DNA from: Octopus bimaculoides
Lineage: Eukaryota
Direction: 5' to 3'
DNA length: 64,000 nucleotides
NCBI RefSeq assembly: GCF_001194135.2
Contig: NC_068989.1
Coordinates: forward strand, 16,932,282-16,996,281
The position numbers and the translations under genes were made by a program. The first letter of the stretch is position 1, and each line of letters opens with the position of its first letter. Of the stretch, positions 11,922 to 25,200 are shown one piece after another. The notes beneath the pieces were generated by a model, which saw only the letters and a program-made list of their open reading frames with translations, did no database searches and had not been told where the DNA came from.

Positions 11922-14900
11922 TTATTTCCTGTGGTGTTTATTCATTTTTAATGACTTTTTCTTATCTTCATGATAGCCGGCATTCCCCAGTTTATTTTTC
12001 ACCATCTGTTCAGAGTGTTTCAGCTTTTCATTAACTGACAATTTTATTTCCCTGATTTTTTCTTGTAACACTTCTGTGATAATCTTTCTCAAGTATTTCT
12101 TAGCTTCCTCTGCAATATGTGAGAGAAATTAAATGATGAAACAGTAAGAAAAGAAATAATTAATTAGTTAACTATGAGAGGTTATTGTGGGTACGGTGAA
12201 CAATGTATGAAATTTCCTACAGGTATTTAAACTGATATCAGCTGTATCAATTTGTCTAGTTTCAGAGTTTATGGGAGCACTGCCCCTCCATCTTGGCAAA
12301 AACATAATAGTTAAAAGATACCACATTCAATAATTAGATGCTCAAATGACCTTAGTATTCTGACCAGTATGACATAATAAGTGGTTAAGTAATCTTAGTA
12401 TTCTGACCAATAAAACAGTCAATAAATTGTCAAACATTCTCAGTATTGTGACTAATAAATCACAGACAAAATAAGTAAGAAATTCTTCTATTGATACAAG
12501 GCCTTGTGTTTAAATTCAATTACTCCCAGTAAATCTAGTTAATTTCAGTACATAGCTAGTACAGAGGTGAGATGGTTGAGTGAATGAACTATTGGCTTAT
12601 CTATTCTTGCTCATAGATGAGGAGTTCAAATCCAAGTTGCTGTTTCATGTGCAGAACATTCCTTCAGAGTATTTGGCTGATAGAAGAAATAGATAAGATA
12701 TCAACTAGGAGTGTTACCTAAAATAGGCTGCCATCCTATCCAGGTGGATGGATATCGCTGAAGCACAATAATGCCATAAAGTCACAGCTGAGTTGCTTTA
12801 TTCCTGTTTCCTAGGAAATCTATATACACAGTACATAGCATTATTAACTTTTCTGTTTTACACTGTATAATATAAACAAAACATCATAGTTTTTAATTTA
12901 CTCGGTCTGAAGGAAGAACAGTGCCCATAACCTTTGGAAGCTTTCACAGACTGTGAGACCAATGTTATTAATGGTCAATACAGAAGCTCGCTTGTTAACT
13001 TATAGTAAAAGTATTAATACCAGAGTCAGTTTTCTAACTATATACTAACATGGTAGAAGATAAAAATATAATTTCTAATGCAAACACAAAGGGAATGTAT
13101 GGTGTTTATGCCTTTTCCAAAACCATTACTACCAAAGGAAAAAAAAACAATTTCAAACTGGAAGCAAATCCAGATGGCAGATTCAGTTCAGCAAAAACTT
13201 TCCACAACATTACTGTCTTTTTAAGAGCAGCACATTGAAGACTGGTAGGGAAACTGTGCAAGAATCTGTTACATATGTCATATGCAACAATCCATACACA
13301 CTCTGAAAATTTACACCTGAATGTTAACCTTTTAGAGTGTGTAGTTACATTATGTTTATATATGCTATGTTAGCAGTGGCTTAGTGGATATGAACATTAC
13401 TATCCTTAGTTTAGAAATAAAAAATTTCTACTTCAAAACTAGTTTGGGACACTGAACATATCTCAGGATTATCAAGACACTTGACTGGAGATTAAACTAA
13501 TCAAAATACTGTGTAGATATAATTATTGTAAATATACAGTGTAAATATGAGGTTAATAATCTGGAAAATTATCTTCTGAATCTACTTAAAGGGTTGTTAA
13601 CAAACCTTTTTCAGAAATCCTGGCCGGCTCATTTTCTTTGTCAATATTTTCATCTGTTGCTTGGGAACCTCTATTTTCAGATATCTGATGATCAACTTTG
13701 AAATTAAAAAAAAAAAAGAATACATATTGAAGTTTTTGATGTTATTAGAATTTATAAACTTCAAGATAACATGAAATAACTCATATTAGAGCAGTGAAAA
13801 TCAAAGCAGAGAAATCTATGAATAGTAGTGTGTGAATACTGGATTAAAAAAAAAAAAAAAAGAACATTTGGATAGGAAAAGTCAAAGACAGCCTTTGACC
13901 TTTTATTATACAAAGGATTTTTTAACCCAATATTTATACACTATTATTTATAGCTTTAGCTGCTTCAAGTTTCACGATTGAAGTATTGGTGGAATTCTGC
14001 TTTAGACAAAGCATATAACCCCTCATAACTTTTTGATTTTTTTGGAATTTTTGGAAAATTTTTGCAAATTTGTCTTCAGCATGTGAGAAATCATACAATT
14101 ATGCAAAAAAAAAAAAAAAATTATTTTGATTTTTTTCTAAATTAAAAAAAAAAGAATTAAAAAAATTTTTCAAACATTTCTTTAAAATCACAGTTTAAAA
14201 TATGGGCAGTCTGAATTTTTGGCTAAATCCCAGAAATAAACCATTAAATGTCTTTATGGAGAAAAAGCTATTGTAAAACATCAATACGCCAGAGTATCAA
14301 ACTAACAGTATGAGGCAGTTGTGAGATATGCTAAAAATAACAGCTGAATACTCCTTAAATCACAAAAAATTTTCTGAAAATTCCTGTGTGTAAAGCAGTA
14401 TTCTACTGAAGTATTTTCCAAAATGAATTTTTTGGGGAAGCAGTGCCTTTATATCTATTTCACACCTATTTTCTCCAAAGATATGCTTTACAAACAAATA
14501 TTATTTAACCTTAACCTAACCTCATTTTAGCTTTCAAACTATTTATGCTTGCTTTTGCTTCTTATAACCTAGCATCATCGTTATGCGCCAGAAGATATAA
14601 CTTAACATTGTAGATGTTATCATAATAATAATATTATTACTGGCTTACATAATCATAAAATAATGAAATGTGAAATTTCTGAGCATGTGTAGCACCTTCG
14701 GCAAATGTCTTCTACTATAGTCTCATGCTAATCAAAGCCTTGTGAGGGAATTTGGCAGATGGAAACTGAAAGAAGCCCATCGTACATATTTGGGTCATCC
14801 CATAAATAATGCATTTTTTATACTTCTTTTATTTTTCAAAATTAAAATAAACAAAGTTCTTTCTTAATCTAAAATATACTCTCCATCATATAGAGACTTG

Positions 14901-17900
14901 TTCACAATCTTTTGATTTTATTGATAAAACTCTTTTTATCATTTTATTGAAAAAAAAACTAATAAAAAAAATTAAATAAAAACAAACTAGAATTTGAGGA
15001 AATTAACAAAGTTTGTATTGACAAAATCAAAATCAACAGAATTTACAAAAGAACATGAATCTGTGTTGTGTGAGGAGAGTTCTGAGATTTCTGCTAGAGT
15101 CACTGAATAAAGAAAAAATATGTATGAGTTCTATCAATTTGTTTGTTAACTATAAAGCAGTATAAAGGTTGTATGATATGTGTAAATGAACAAATTTTAA
15201 GAATCAGCCAATACATATAAATACAGTGTAAACATAAACAATTATCAAGCTACTACTTACCTTGGTTTGTTATGGATTCAGGTTCTCCAATGTAGACTAA
15301 AGCTAAATCAAGCTGCACCTGGTATTGGTAAAATGATTAATGGTTTATGTTATAAATATATTCACAATGTGATCATCATCATCATCATCATCATCATCGT
15401 TTAACGTCAGCTTTCCATGCTAGCATGCGCTGGACGATTTGACTGAGGACTGGTGAACCAGTGATTCGGCAGAGTTTCTACAGCTGGATGCCCTTCCTAA
15501 CACTAACCACTCAGAGAGTGTAGTGGGTGCTTTTACGTGTCACCCGCATGAAGGCCAGTCAGGCGGTACTGGCAATGGCCACGCTCAAAATGGTGTATTT
15601 TATGTGCCACCCGCACAAGAGCCAGTCCAGGGGCACTGGCAACGATCTCGCTCGAAAGTCCTTACACATGCCGCGGGCATAGAAATGTACAAATTAAACC
15701 GTCTGTCAGTATGACTGCATGCAAGTATGTATGTGTGTATGTATGTATGTATGTATGTATGTATGTATGCATGTATGTAGGTATGCATGTACGTACATAT
15801 GTATGTATGTGTATCGGAGTGATCAAAATATCAGAATACCAAAAGCTTGAAAGACTGAATATTCAGAATGCTAAATTTTAAAATATTTTAGACATAAATA
15901 TGAAAATCAGCATTAAAAAGCAATTATTTACAGTTTTAAAATATTATATATTTAAGAAACATTGTAGCAGATTCATTATTTTTTTTATTATGCGACATAA
16001 AAATAACTATTTTAGAATATAACAAAATGTTTTAAAAACTGTTTATTTGAGAAACAGAAAATATTAGTTTTTTTTAATGCTACATCAGTACAATTATTTT
16101 ATGGGAAAACAAGAGGTAAAATGGTTTTTAGAAACATTTCTTTACAGTTTTAACATGGAATTTTAGAAACATTTTATAACATCTACTGCTTTTATTATGC
16201 TATGTCAAAATATATAATAAAAGTGTATTGTAGGGATCCAATATCACAGCTATAAGTGAAAACTTCAATAGTTTATTTATAGAATATTTCCTTTTTTAAA
16301 TTTTCTTATTAAATATTTTCCTTTTTCTTTTCATAACCTTTGGAATGTGAAGTACTTCTCATGACTTCAGGTCAGCGAGATAGTTGTGACTTGTAAACAA
16401 ATTCTTAATACCTCTTTTCAAATATTGTATAACATCTCTTACGCACTCCCTTTGTATCTTGTAAATGTGTTTTTTTCATGCTTCACATTATCCTTTCTTT
16501 TTGGTAACCCCTAGTAAAACTTCCATATTTTTTGTAACTCTTAGATCTCTTGTGGTTAATAAAGAAAAGATTATTACTACTGTTTTTATCATTATATGGT
16601 AGGAAGCATATTTAATGGACTTAGCATTTAATGAGAAAGATTAAATATGGATAATGAAATAGACTTACCTGTGGAGTGAATGCATACTTGTAGAGTTTGA
16701 AGTGTCTAAAATATGTGTTAATCATATGGAAAGATATCTTCCTTACTTCACCCAGTGTAAACAATTCAGTACTAAATGGTGGACACTAAAATATGAACAA
16801 ATAAATGTGTCATGGCCAGTTGTTGTTTAGCAAACCAATAATCAGATGCATTCTAGCTATGATGACTGATTATTATTCAGGGCATTTAGGGGTACATTAC
16901 ACTGTGTAATACGATTTTTGTCTTTGGAGATCAACTGTTATTTCCTATTTGCTTACCCCTAGAAAGTATGCAAAAAAGGACTAATATTTCCTCCAAACTT
17001 TGCTTTTCTTACATTTATTCAAACCCCAAAGAATCCCTCTCAAGACATGGCTATGATGCTCCCCTACTACTCCTGTTCATGATCAGAGATGCACATATTA
17101 TCAGCCACTAAAGGACATGCTCAAGTGGTTATGGTCAAGCAAATGACAAGCAAATCTGTGGTATTGAGCAGAATATTTACTATAATGATATTTCTGCTTC
17201 AGCAGCGCAGCACTGAATCTGCCTGAAGTGTAATGGAATATAGGTCAGTTTCAAAACATTGATGTTCAGGACACAAAAGCAAGGGAGTAGTAGTCATTTC
17301 CTTTGATTTCTAGATAGAAGCAAATAGGAAATAACACTTACTGACCAAAAACAAAAACAATAAAAAATTTTGTTATACAGTGTTATCCAATGTGTTCGGT
17401 CTTCTTTAAAATGGTAAGGGAAGTCTTTATAGTGTCACAAAAATTACTAGAAATAGTTGCCAAATATTCCCCCGATTCCATACTACCATCTTAGAAAATG
17501 GATACATTGGAAAAATTGCCATAGAAACACTACATCTAAATAACTGGAACATCTTTGGTTATATCAATGGATCAATGTTTACATGAGTTTAAACAACAAC
17601 TACAACAATTGTACGAATTACTCAGTATCACGACTAAATTGTAACAGAACAGCTGTCAACATGTTGAAACATCAACCTTATCTAGTTGGCCCTATTTTCC
17701 AGCTTAGAAATAAGGGGGAATTTTCCTCATCCTTTGACTAAATTATAATCACTGTGAAGGTGCATGGCTCAGTGGTTAGAACATCAGACTTGCAATCATG
17801 AGGCAGTGAGTTTGCTTCCTGGACTGGACTGTGTGTTGTGTTCTTGAGCACGTCACTCTATTTTGCGTTGCTCCAATTCACTCAGCTGTAGAAATGAGTT

Positions 17901-19240
17901 GCGACATTTACTGGTGCCAAGATGTATCAGTGTTTGCTTTTTATCCTTTTTAATCACTGAAAGTGACATGATGACTAGTGTTGGAGTCAATATGAAGTAA
18001 ATATAAGATTCCTACATACACATACATCCACTAAGATATATACACATAAATACATAGAAGTGTTAATACATACATATTTACTATATATATATATATATAT
18101 ATNNNNNNNNNNNNNNNNNNNNNNNNNNNNNNNNNNNNNNNNNNNNNNNNNNNNNNNNNNNNNNNNNNNNNNNNNNNNNNNNNNNNNNNNNNNNNNNNNN
18201 NNNNNNNNNNNNNNNNNNNNNNNNNNNNNNNNNNNNNNNNNNNNNNNNNNNNNNNNNNNNNNNNNNNNNNNNNNNNNNNNNNNNNNNNNNNNNNNNNNNN
18301 NNNNNNNNNNNNNNNNNNNNNNNNNNNNNNNNNNNNNNNNNNNNNNNNNNNNNNNNNNNNNNNNNNNNNNNNNNNNNNNNNNNNNNNNNNNNNNNNNNNN
18401 NNNNNNNNNNNNNNNNNNNNNNNNNNNNNNNNNNNNNNNNNNNNNNNNNNNNNNNNNNNNNNNNNNNNNNNNNNNNNNNNNNNNNNNNNNNNNNNNNNNN
18501 NNNNNNNNNNNNNNNNNNNNNNNNNNNNNNNNNNNNNNNNNNNNNNNNNNNNNNNNNNNNNNNNNNNNNNNNNNNNNNNNNNNNNNNNNNNNNNNNNNNN
18601 NNNNNNNNNNNNNNNNNNNNNNNNNNNNNNNNNNNNNNNNNNNNNNNNNNNNNNNNNNNNNNNNNNNNNNNNNNNNNNNNNNNNNNNNNNNNNNNNNNNN
18701 NNNNNNNNNNNNNNNNNNNNNNNNNNNNNNNNNNNNNNNNNNNNNNNNNNNNNNNNNNNNNNNNNNNNNNNNNNNNNNNNNNNNNNNNNNNNNNNNNNNN
18801 NNNNNNNNNNNNNNNNNNNNNNNNNNNNNNNNNNNNNNNNNNNNNNNNNNNNNNNNNNNNNNNNNNNNNNNNNNNNNNNNNNNNNNNNNNNNNNNNNNNN
18901 NNNNNNNNNNNNNNNNNNNNNNNNNNNNNNNNNNNNNNNNNNNNNNNNNNNNNNNNNNNNNNNNNNNNNNNNNNNNNNNNNNNNNNNNNNNNNNNNNNNN
19001 NNNNNNNNNNNNNNNNNCTTGTGTGGGTGGCATATAAAAGACACCATTTCGAGCGTGGCCGTTTTCGTGCGGGTGACACGTAAAAGCACCCACTACACCC
19101 TCTGAGTGGTTGGCGTTAGGAAGGGCATCCAGCTGTAGAAACTCTGCCAAATTAGATTGGAGCCTGGTGTAGCCATCTGGTTGCACCAGTCCTCAGTCAA
19201 ATCGTCCAACCCATGCTAGCATGGAAAGCGGACGTTAAAC

Positions 19241-19271
<31 letters not shown>

Positions 19272-22200
19272 TATGTATGTATAAATATATATATATATAT
19301 GTACAAGGTCTGATCAATAAGTATCCGGACTGCTGCCATAGTAACAAACCTAAAGTACACACAATGAAACTACTTGGCACAGATTAACCTTGACCTCGGC
19401 TGTGCATGCACACTAAGTTTTAACATTCTAGCTCACTTCTGCTATTTACAGCAGTGTTTTGAAATAGCGTCTGTAGCGTGTGTTTGTCGTATTGACCATG
19501 ACAGCGAGTTGAGCTGAGAATCTTCATTAAATTTTACCAAAAGCTTGGCCATACCTGCTTCGAGGCCTACGCAAAGTTGCAGAAAATGTATGAGTCACAC
19601 CCTAGTGTACAAGTGGTTCAGACATTTCCAAGATAGCTGAAAAAATATCAATAGTGACGAATGTTCTGGGACACCCGCAGTCAGCAGAACTGAGAAAGAC
19701 ATCACAGATGTGCTTGCACCTGTGAGGGGAAATCACTGAGCCACCATCTGTGAGTTATCAGAGGATCTGCAGTTATCAGAAGATATCTAGAGGCTTCCCA
19801 ATAAAGAATTTGATTTGAAATGACTCCAACCAACTGTGAAACATGGCGGTATCTTTATAATGGTATGGAGAACTGTCACCAGCAATCGTCGTTCTGAGCT
19901 GATCGAATGTGTTGGACCCATAAACTCTGAAAAATACATCGAAATACTTAAGTAAGGACTAATTCCGATGTATTCACACGATAATATAATGAAAAATGAG
20001 TTTTTATTCATGGAAGATGGGGCTCCATGCCACACAACGAAAAGGAATCAACAATGGCTGACTGAAAATAGGATCAAAAAGCTTCTTTGGCCGAGCCAAT
20101 CTCCTGACATGAACCCAATTGAAAATCTTTGGAGTATACTAGATAGAGCTGTACGAAAAACTCGACAGAAACCTAAATCTAAAGATGAATTGTTTCAATT
20201 GTTGCATAAAAAGTGGACAGAAATTCCACCAGAGACAATCACAAAGCTCATCAGTTCAATGCCAAAAAGAGTTTCTGAATTAAAAACTGCAAAGGGAATG
20301 TCAACTAAATACTAAAGTATGTAGTCCTATCTATCGATTANNNNNNNNNNNNNNNNNNNNNNNNNNNNNNNNNNNNNNNNNNNNNNNNNNNNNNNNNNNN
20401 NNNNNNNNNNNNNNNNNNNNNNNNNNNNNNNNNNNNNNNNNNNNNNNNNNNNNNNNNNNNNNNNNNNNNNNNNNNNNNNNNNNNNNNNNNNNNNNNNNNN
20501 NNNNNNNNNNNNNNNNNNNNNNNNNNNNNNNNNNNNNNNNNNNNNNTATATATATATATACATACACACACACACACACATATAATATTTATATACATAT
20601 GCCCATGCACATACATGGTTTTCAGGCTAAATTTGGAAATATTTTATATCTCTTTTTTATAAAAACAGTTTGATGCATTGGTAAACAGTCATTGGTGAGC
20701 ATAATGATTAAAGTTGTAGAAGAGAAAAGGTTAGCTGATATGGAGAGGTGGAAGCCATTTGAATATTGGAAAGGAGTTATTTGTATCATGACGATTCATG
20801 TCGAGTATCAAAATGCTGACATCATGACTGCTGCTCAATGTTCTGTGAACAGTGTAAAGGTTGTAAGATGTGACATGGACAGCTGTAACAGAGACTATGA
20901 AGTCATAGCCAACAGGAAGGAACACAGCAGGTATTCAGACTGAGTCTGCATGCTGGAATTGATCCAACAACTGATGAACAGGGCTTTAGGCTCAATTCAG
21001 ATGACTATGTTTAGCTGTTGGGGACTGTGGTCAAACCCTGGCTGGAGAGGGTTGCTGCTGGAAGGCCATATGTGGTAAAATTCAGAATCTCTATTGACTT
21101 CACTCGCCCCAATTTCTAGTCTCTTAATTCTGCTAATTATAATCCCATGGATTACTATGTGAGGAGTGTGGTTGAGAAAGACACCAACTATTCTGCCAGC
21201 AACACCAAGGCCAAGCTGGTGGCTAAGATCAAGGAGGTGCTTGAGCATCTCCTCAATGTCACAGTGGGAAATGAATGTGCCAGGTTCCAGAGCCATCTTG
21301 AGGCTGTAGTAGAAGCTGAGGGTAGCTACTTTGAATAAGCTGGTTTTTAATCTATTAAAATTCTTTTATTTTCTGATGGAATATTACATAGGCAGTATAT
21401 CACATATTAAAGGAACTGTTATAGTCATGTAACATGCAATAGAGAGAATGTCATGTACAGTATGACATGCATTAGTGGGAGTTTCTTCGACAGGGCAACA
21501 AATATTTGAGGTACTGTAACTTACATAGACACTATGACACAAGAGTAGTTCCTTGAAATATGAAAATGTTTCATCCAAGTTAATAAAAGAGCTTTCTGAA
21601 AAGGATAAAATAGATTTTGTATGAAATATAATGTGTTGGCTGAGAAAAAAAGACAGATTTACTTTGGTGTATTGAATAATATATATTGTTGTTACTAATG
21701 TATTACTAATGTTGTTATTATTAGCGGTATTTCGTCTGCCGTTACGTTCTGAGTTCAAATTCCGCCGAGGTTGACTTTGCCTTTCATCCTTTCGGGGTCG
21801 ATAAATTAAGTACCAGTTACGCACTGGGGTCGATGTAATCGACTTAATCCCTTTGTCTGTCCTTGTTTGTCCCCTCTATATTTAGCCCCTTGTGGGCAAT
21901 AAAGAAATAAGGTGAGGTGATAATAGATTCTATATTTGGTGAAGAGGAATAGGATAATTCTGTTAAAGATAGAATGATATTTGTGGTTACATGGGAATTA
22001 GAGTCTACTGTTTAAAAGAATGCTTTAGCAAGGTCCTTAATGTTTAAAGCGAATGCAGGTGTATACCAGAGAATAGATCTCCCACCGCTTTTATTAGGCA
22101 AATTTGGTGAGGTGTAATTTCTAGTGTATGTTAGAGGAGATTTGGAAGGTTTGATGTTAGTATTCTTAGATCGAGTGTTATCCAAATGTAAATTCACCCC

Positions 22201-25200
22201 CACACATAACACTCATATACATACCTCCATGATTAACATACACCCTTGTATATCGCTCCTATCTACCTAACCTTAGAACTCTATAAGATAAATGTTAATT
22301 CTTTAATTTATTTTAAAACTTGAACCTATTAAATCCCCTAATATTTATTTGTAACTCTTATAATCCTTAATAATTTAATATTCAACTGGTTTCTCCATTC
22401 ACAACTACCTACACACTCATACCCTCATAGATAGAAATATTTCTACAGCCACTGACTTAAGCCATAAAACAGACACAAACACTTACTACTAGATTTCCTC
22501 CCCAACCTCTACAGACTAGAAGAATACCACTGGCACCTACTATTCTCATTAAATCCCTTTCATTTTACTTTTTGTCTTTTTCACATTATCTTCCTCTACC
22601 TCCTCTTCCTCTCTCCATATTTACCCTTATATATTTATTTATTTATCTTCTTGGTTATTTTTGTAAACTATATTCTTATATACCTTATTTTATCCTTAAT
22701 ACAAATCTTTGTTTTCTTCTCCCACTCTCTCTATCTCTCTTCCTATTTATTTATTTTTCTTTCTCTTTATCCCTTAATAGCCACCTCTGCTACCACTCTC
22801 TTATGGAACGTTGATATGTTCGCATTTATTTCTGGATATTTACACTATTAAGACTTTAACCTATATGAATTTACACAGAGGATTGTACCTAAGGACTTAT
22901 GGACTGACATCTACACAATCGGAAAGTTGAATTGGGAACTTTTATGTTTCTTTTTTCTTCTCTTACTTTTGTTTCTTCACCTCCTTATTCCTTTTCTCCT
23001 GTCCTTTATGTTGTCGTTTCATTAATCTATACCCTTCTCATTTTCCCTATTTGTCTCTGATGACAGAATATCTCATATTTTAGGATGTCCCAGAAACAGC
23101 TGTAAGATTTTGAATTTTTCCAATAATAATAATAACGTATATGATTTGAGATGTTTGTCTTGCCTTAACGTTTGTTGTCCTCTTTAACAATTATATATAT
23201 ATATATATAATTTCTCCTTCTTTTTCGTCTTTTTCTTTTTACTTATATTTTATTTACTTTTCTGCTCTGATGAAGTTTCATGATTCAATTTGGTATAACT
23301 AATCATCTACAATGATAACTATAATTACTATTATAGTGGCGGTTAGAGCTGAGAATCATGCTAACAGAAACAGCTGTAAGTCGAGGATGTAAATCAATTG
23401 TTATCCATTTTCTGTTTTCCTTTGAACTACGTTCTTAACAGAATATACTATAACTATTGTTGTAGTGAAAATGGTACACTCTTTCCCATGTGACAAAGTG
23501 GTATGACTCAGCCACTATAAAGTCAGACAGTCAGTTGTTGTAGGTCAGTAGTAGTAGATTCATTGTGTGAGTTCTCAGTTGGAGTCAGTACCAGTTACAT
23601 GATATATATGAGTTCGAGTTACTGTCAAGCTGAGATTTTGAACTTATGGAGACAATATCTACATATCACCTGAGGAAACACAACTAGATCTCATAATGCA
23701 GGGAAGCGGTTGCATAATCAAGTACCTGCACACCTGGAGAACTACATTTTGTGGAAACAATTTTAGTGATTAAAAAATAAATGTCCAACTGTATTCCTTG
23801 TAGACCCCAATTTTTTTCAACTCTCTCTCTCTCTCTCTATATATATATATCTGGTATTGGGATTTATAGTACTGGCCACTATGTGTGTTTGTGTGACGGT
23901 CCCAAATGCATCTTTGATATTGGGACTGTGTGTGTCTGGAACACTGTATGTATCTAGTATATCTGGTATTTATAAGACTATTTTTAAGTGTGTGATCATC
24001 CCAAATAGTCATGTGATTCTGGGGCCATATGTGTATATGGTTGGCATTAATATATCTGTCGTACTGGAACTGTATATGTGTAGTGTTTGTCTCCAATGCT
24101 GGGACTGTAATATATATTACTGTCCAACCTTGTCCATTTTAATGTCTAACCAAGAATAATTAACAACAAAAATAATATCAAAAACAAAATCTATAAAAAA
24201 GATACAAGTTCTGTCTATATCTTGAATACTGATTATTTAACCAGGATCATGCACAGTAGACTTACTTGTACAGAATTCATGAGCATCTTTCACAATGGAA
24301 AAGTAGGTAGACAACTTATCAATTGTGAAGTCTTCATCCCTTGCATATTGTAATGTATATGTGTATAGGTTGAGCAGAATTGCTTCTCTGAGATCTTCTG
24401 CATAATTGGTGAGATTGAAGATTTCAGCAAGGATACTAAAACCACACAGAAAGCAGAATTGAAGAAGAAAATATTATTAAAATAACTTTGAAAAGCAATT
24501 TTATAATCTCAAAAATATATCTCTTGTTCTGTTTGGAGTTTACTAACTAACAGTGTTTTGATGTCTCTTGCAGAGTAACATGGTATGGTAACCTATTATC
24601 TTATTTTACCCAGATACACTTATGATCTAAGAGTCTTAAGAGAATTTTCTAGAAATGGTATAAAATGTAAACAATGTATGTGTAGTGAAACTACCTATCG
24701 TCACTAGATACAAAACTGCTAACGCGAATGTAGCGGAAAACATTAACCTTGTCATCACGTGACTGATCATTATTCGAATCGGCAACTTCTTTGAACCGTT
24801 CCCGCCAGAACGCAAACTGACCAATCACAGCCCTTAATAAGGTCACGTGATAGTGTTTTCCTACTACCGTCTTGGAGCCCTCTTAACGCTTTAAATAGAA
24901 CAACTCATATCCAGCAAATTTGTCTCGGTCCAGTTTCTCTTTGAGATCTGTTCCGTGTACCACACGACAGCAGCAGCAACAATCAGCCAGCGACCACTTC
25001 AACAGCTTCGTCCAGCCAACGATGACCACTGCCGTCGCCACATCAGCGACACGATTCTACGATTACTACTAACCAGCGTCAATCTCCACCAGCGTCTACA
25101 CGACTTTCTATGTACACCANNNNNNNNNNNNNNNNNNNNNNNNNNNNNNNNNNNNNNNNNNNNNNNNNNNNNNNNNNNNNNNNNNNNNNNNNNNNNNNNN

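Larger units (their letters stand above)
21950..23400 (+). mobile_element. Penelope-like retroelement remnant with an inverted 5' segment (about 21950-22195 on the minus strand), GIY-YIG C-terminus and 3' tandem ribozyme region
   Basis: Strand-composition switch at about 22195. The + frame gives LPNLYRLEEYHWHLLFSLNP (22500-22560), resembling the E..W...L....P end of PLE GIY-YIG domains. Tandem hammerhead cores follow downstream. Confidence 0.55.
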
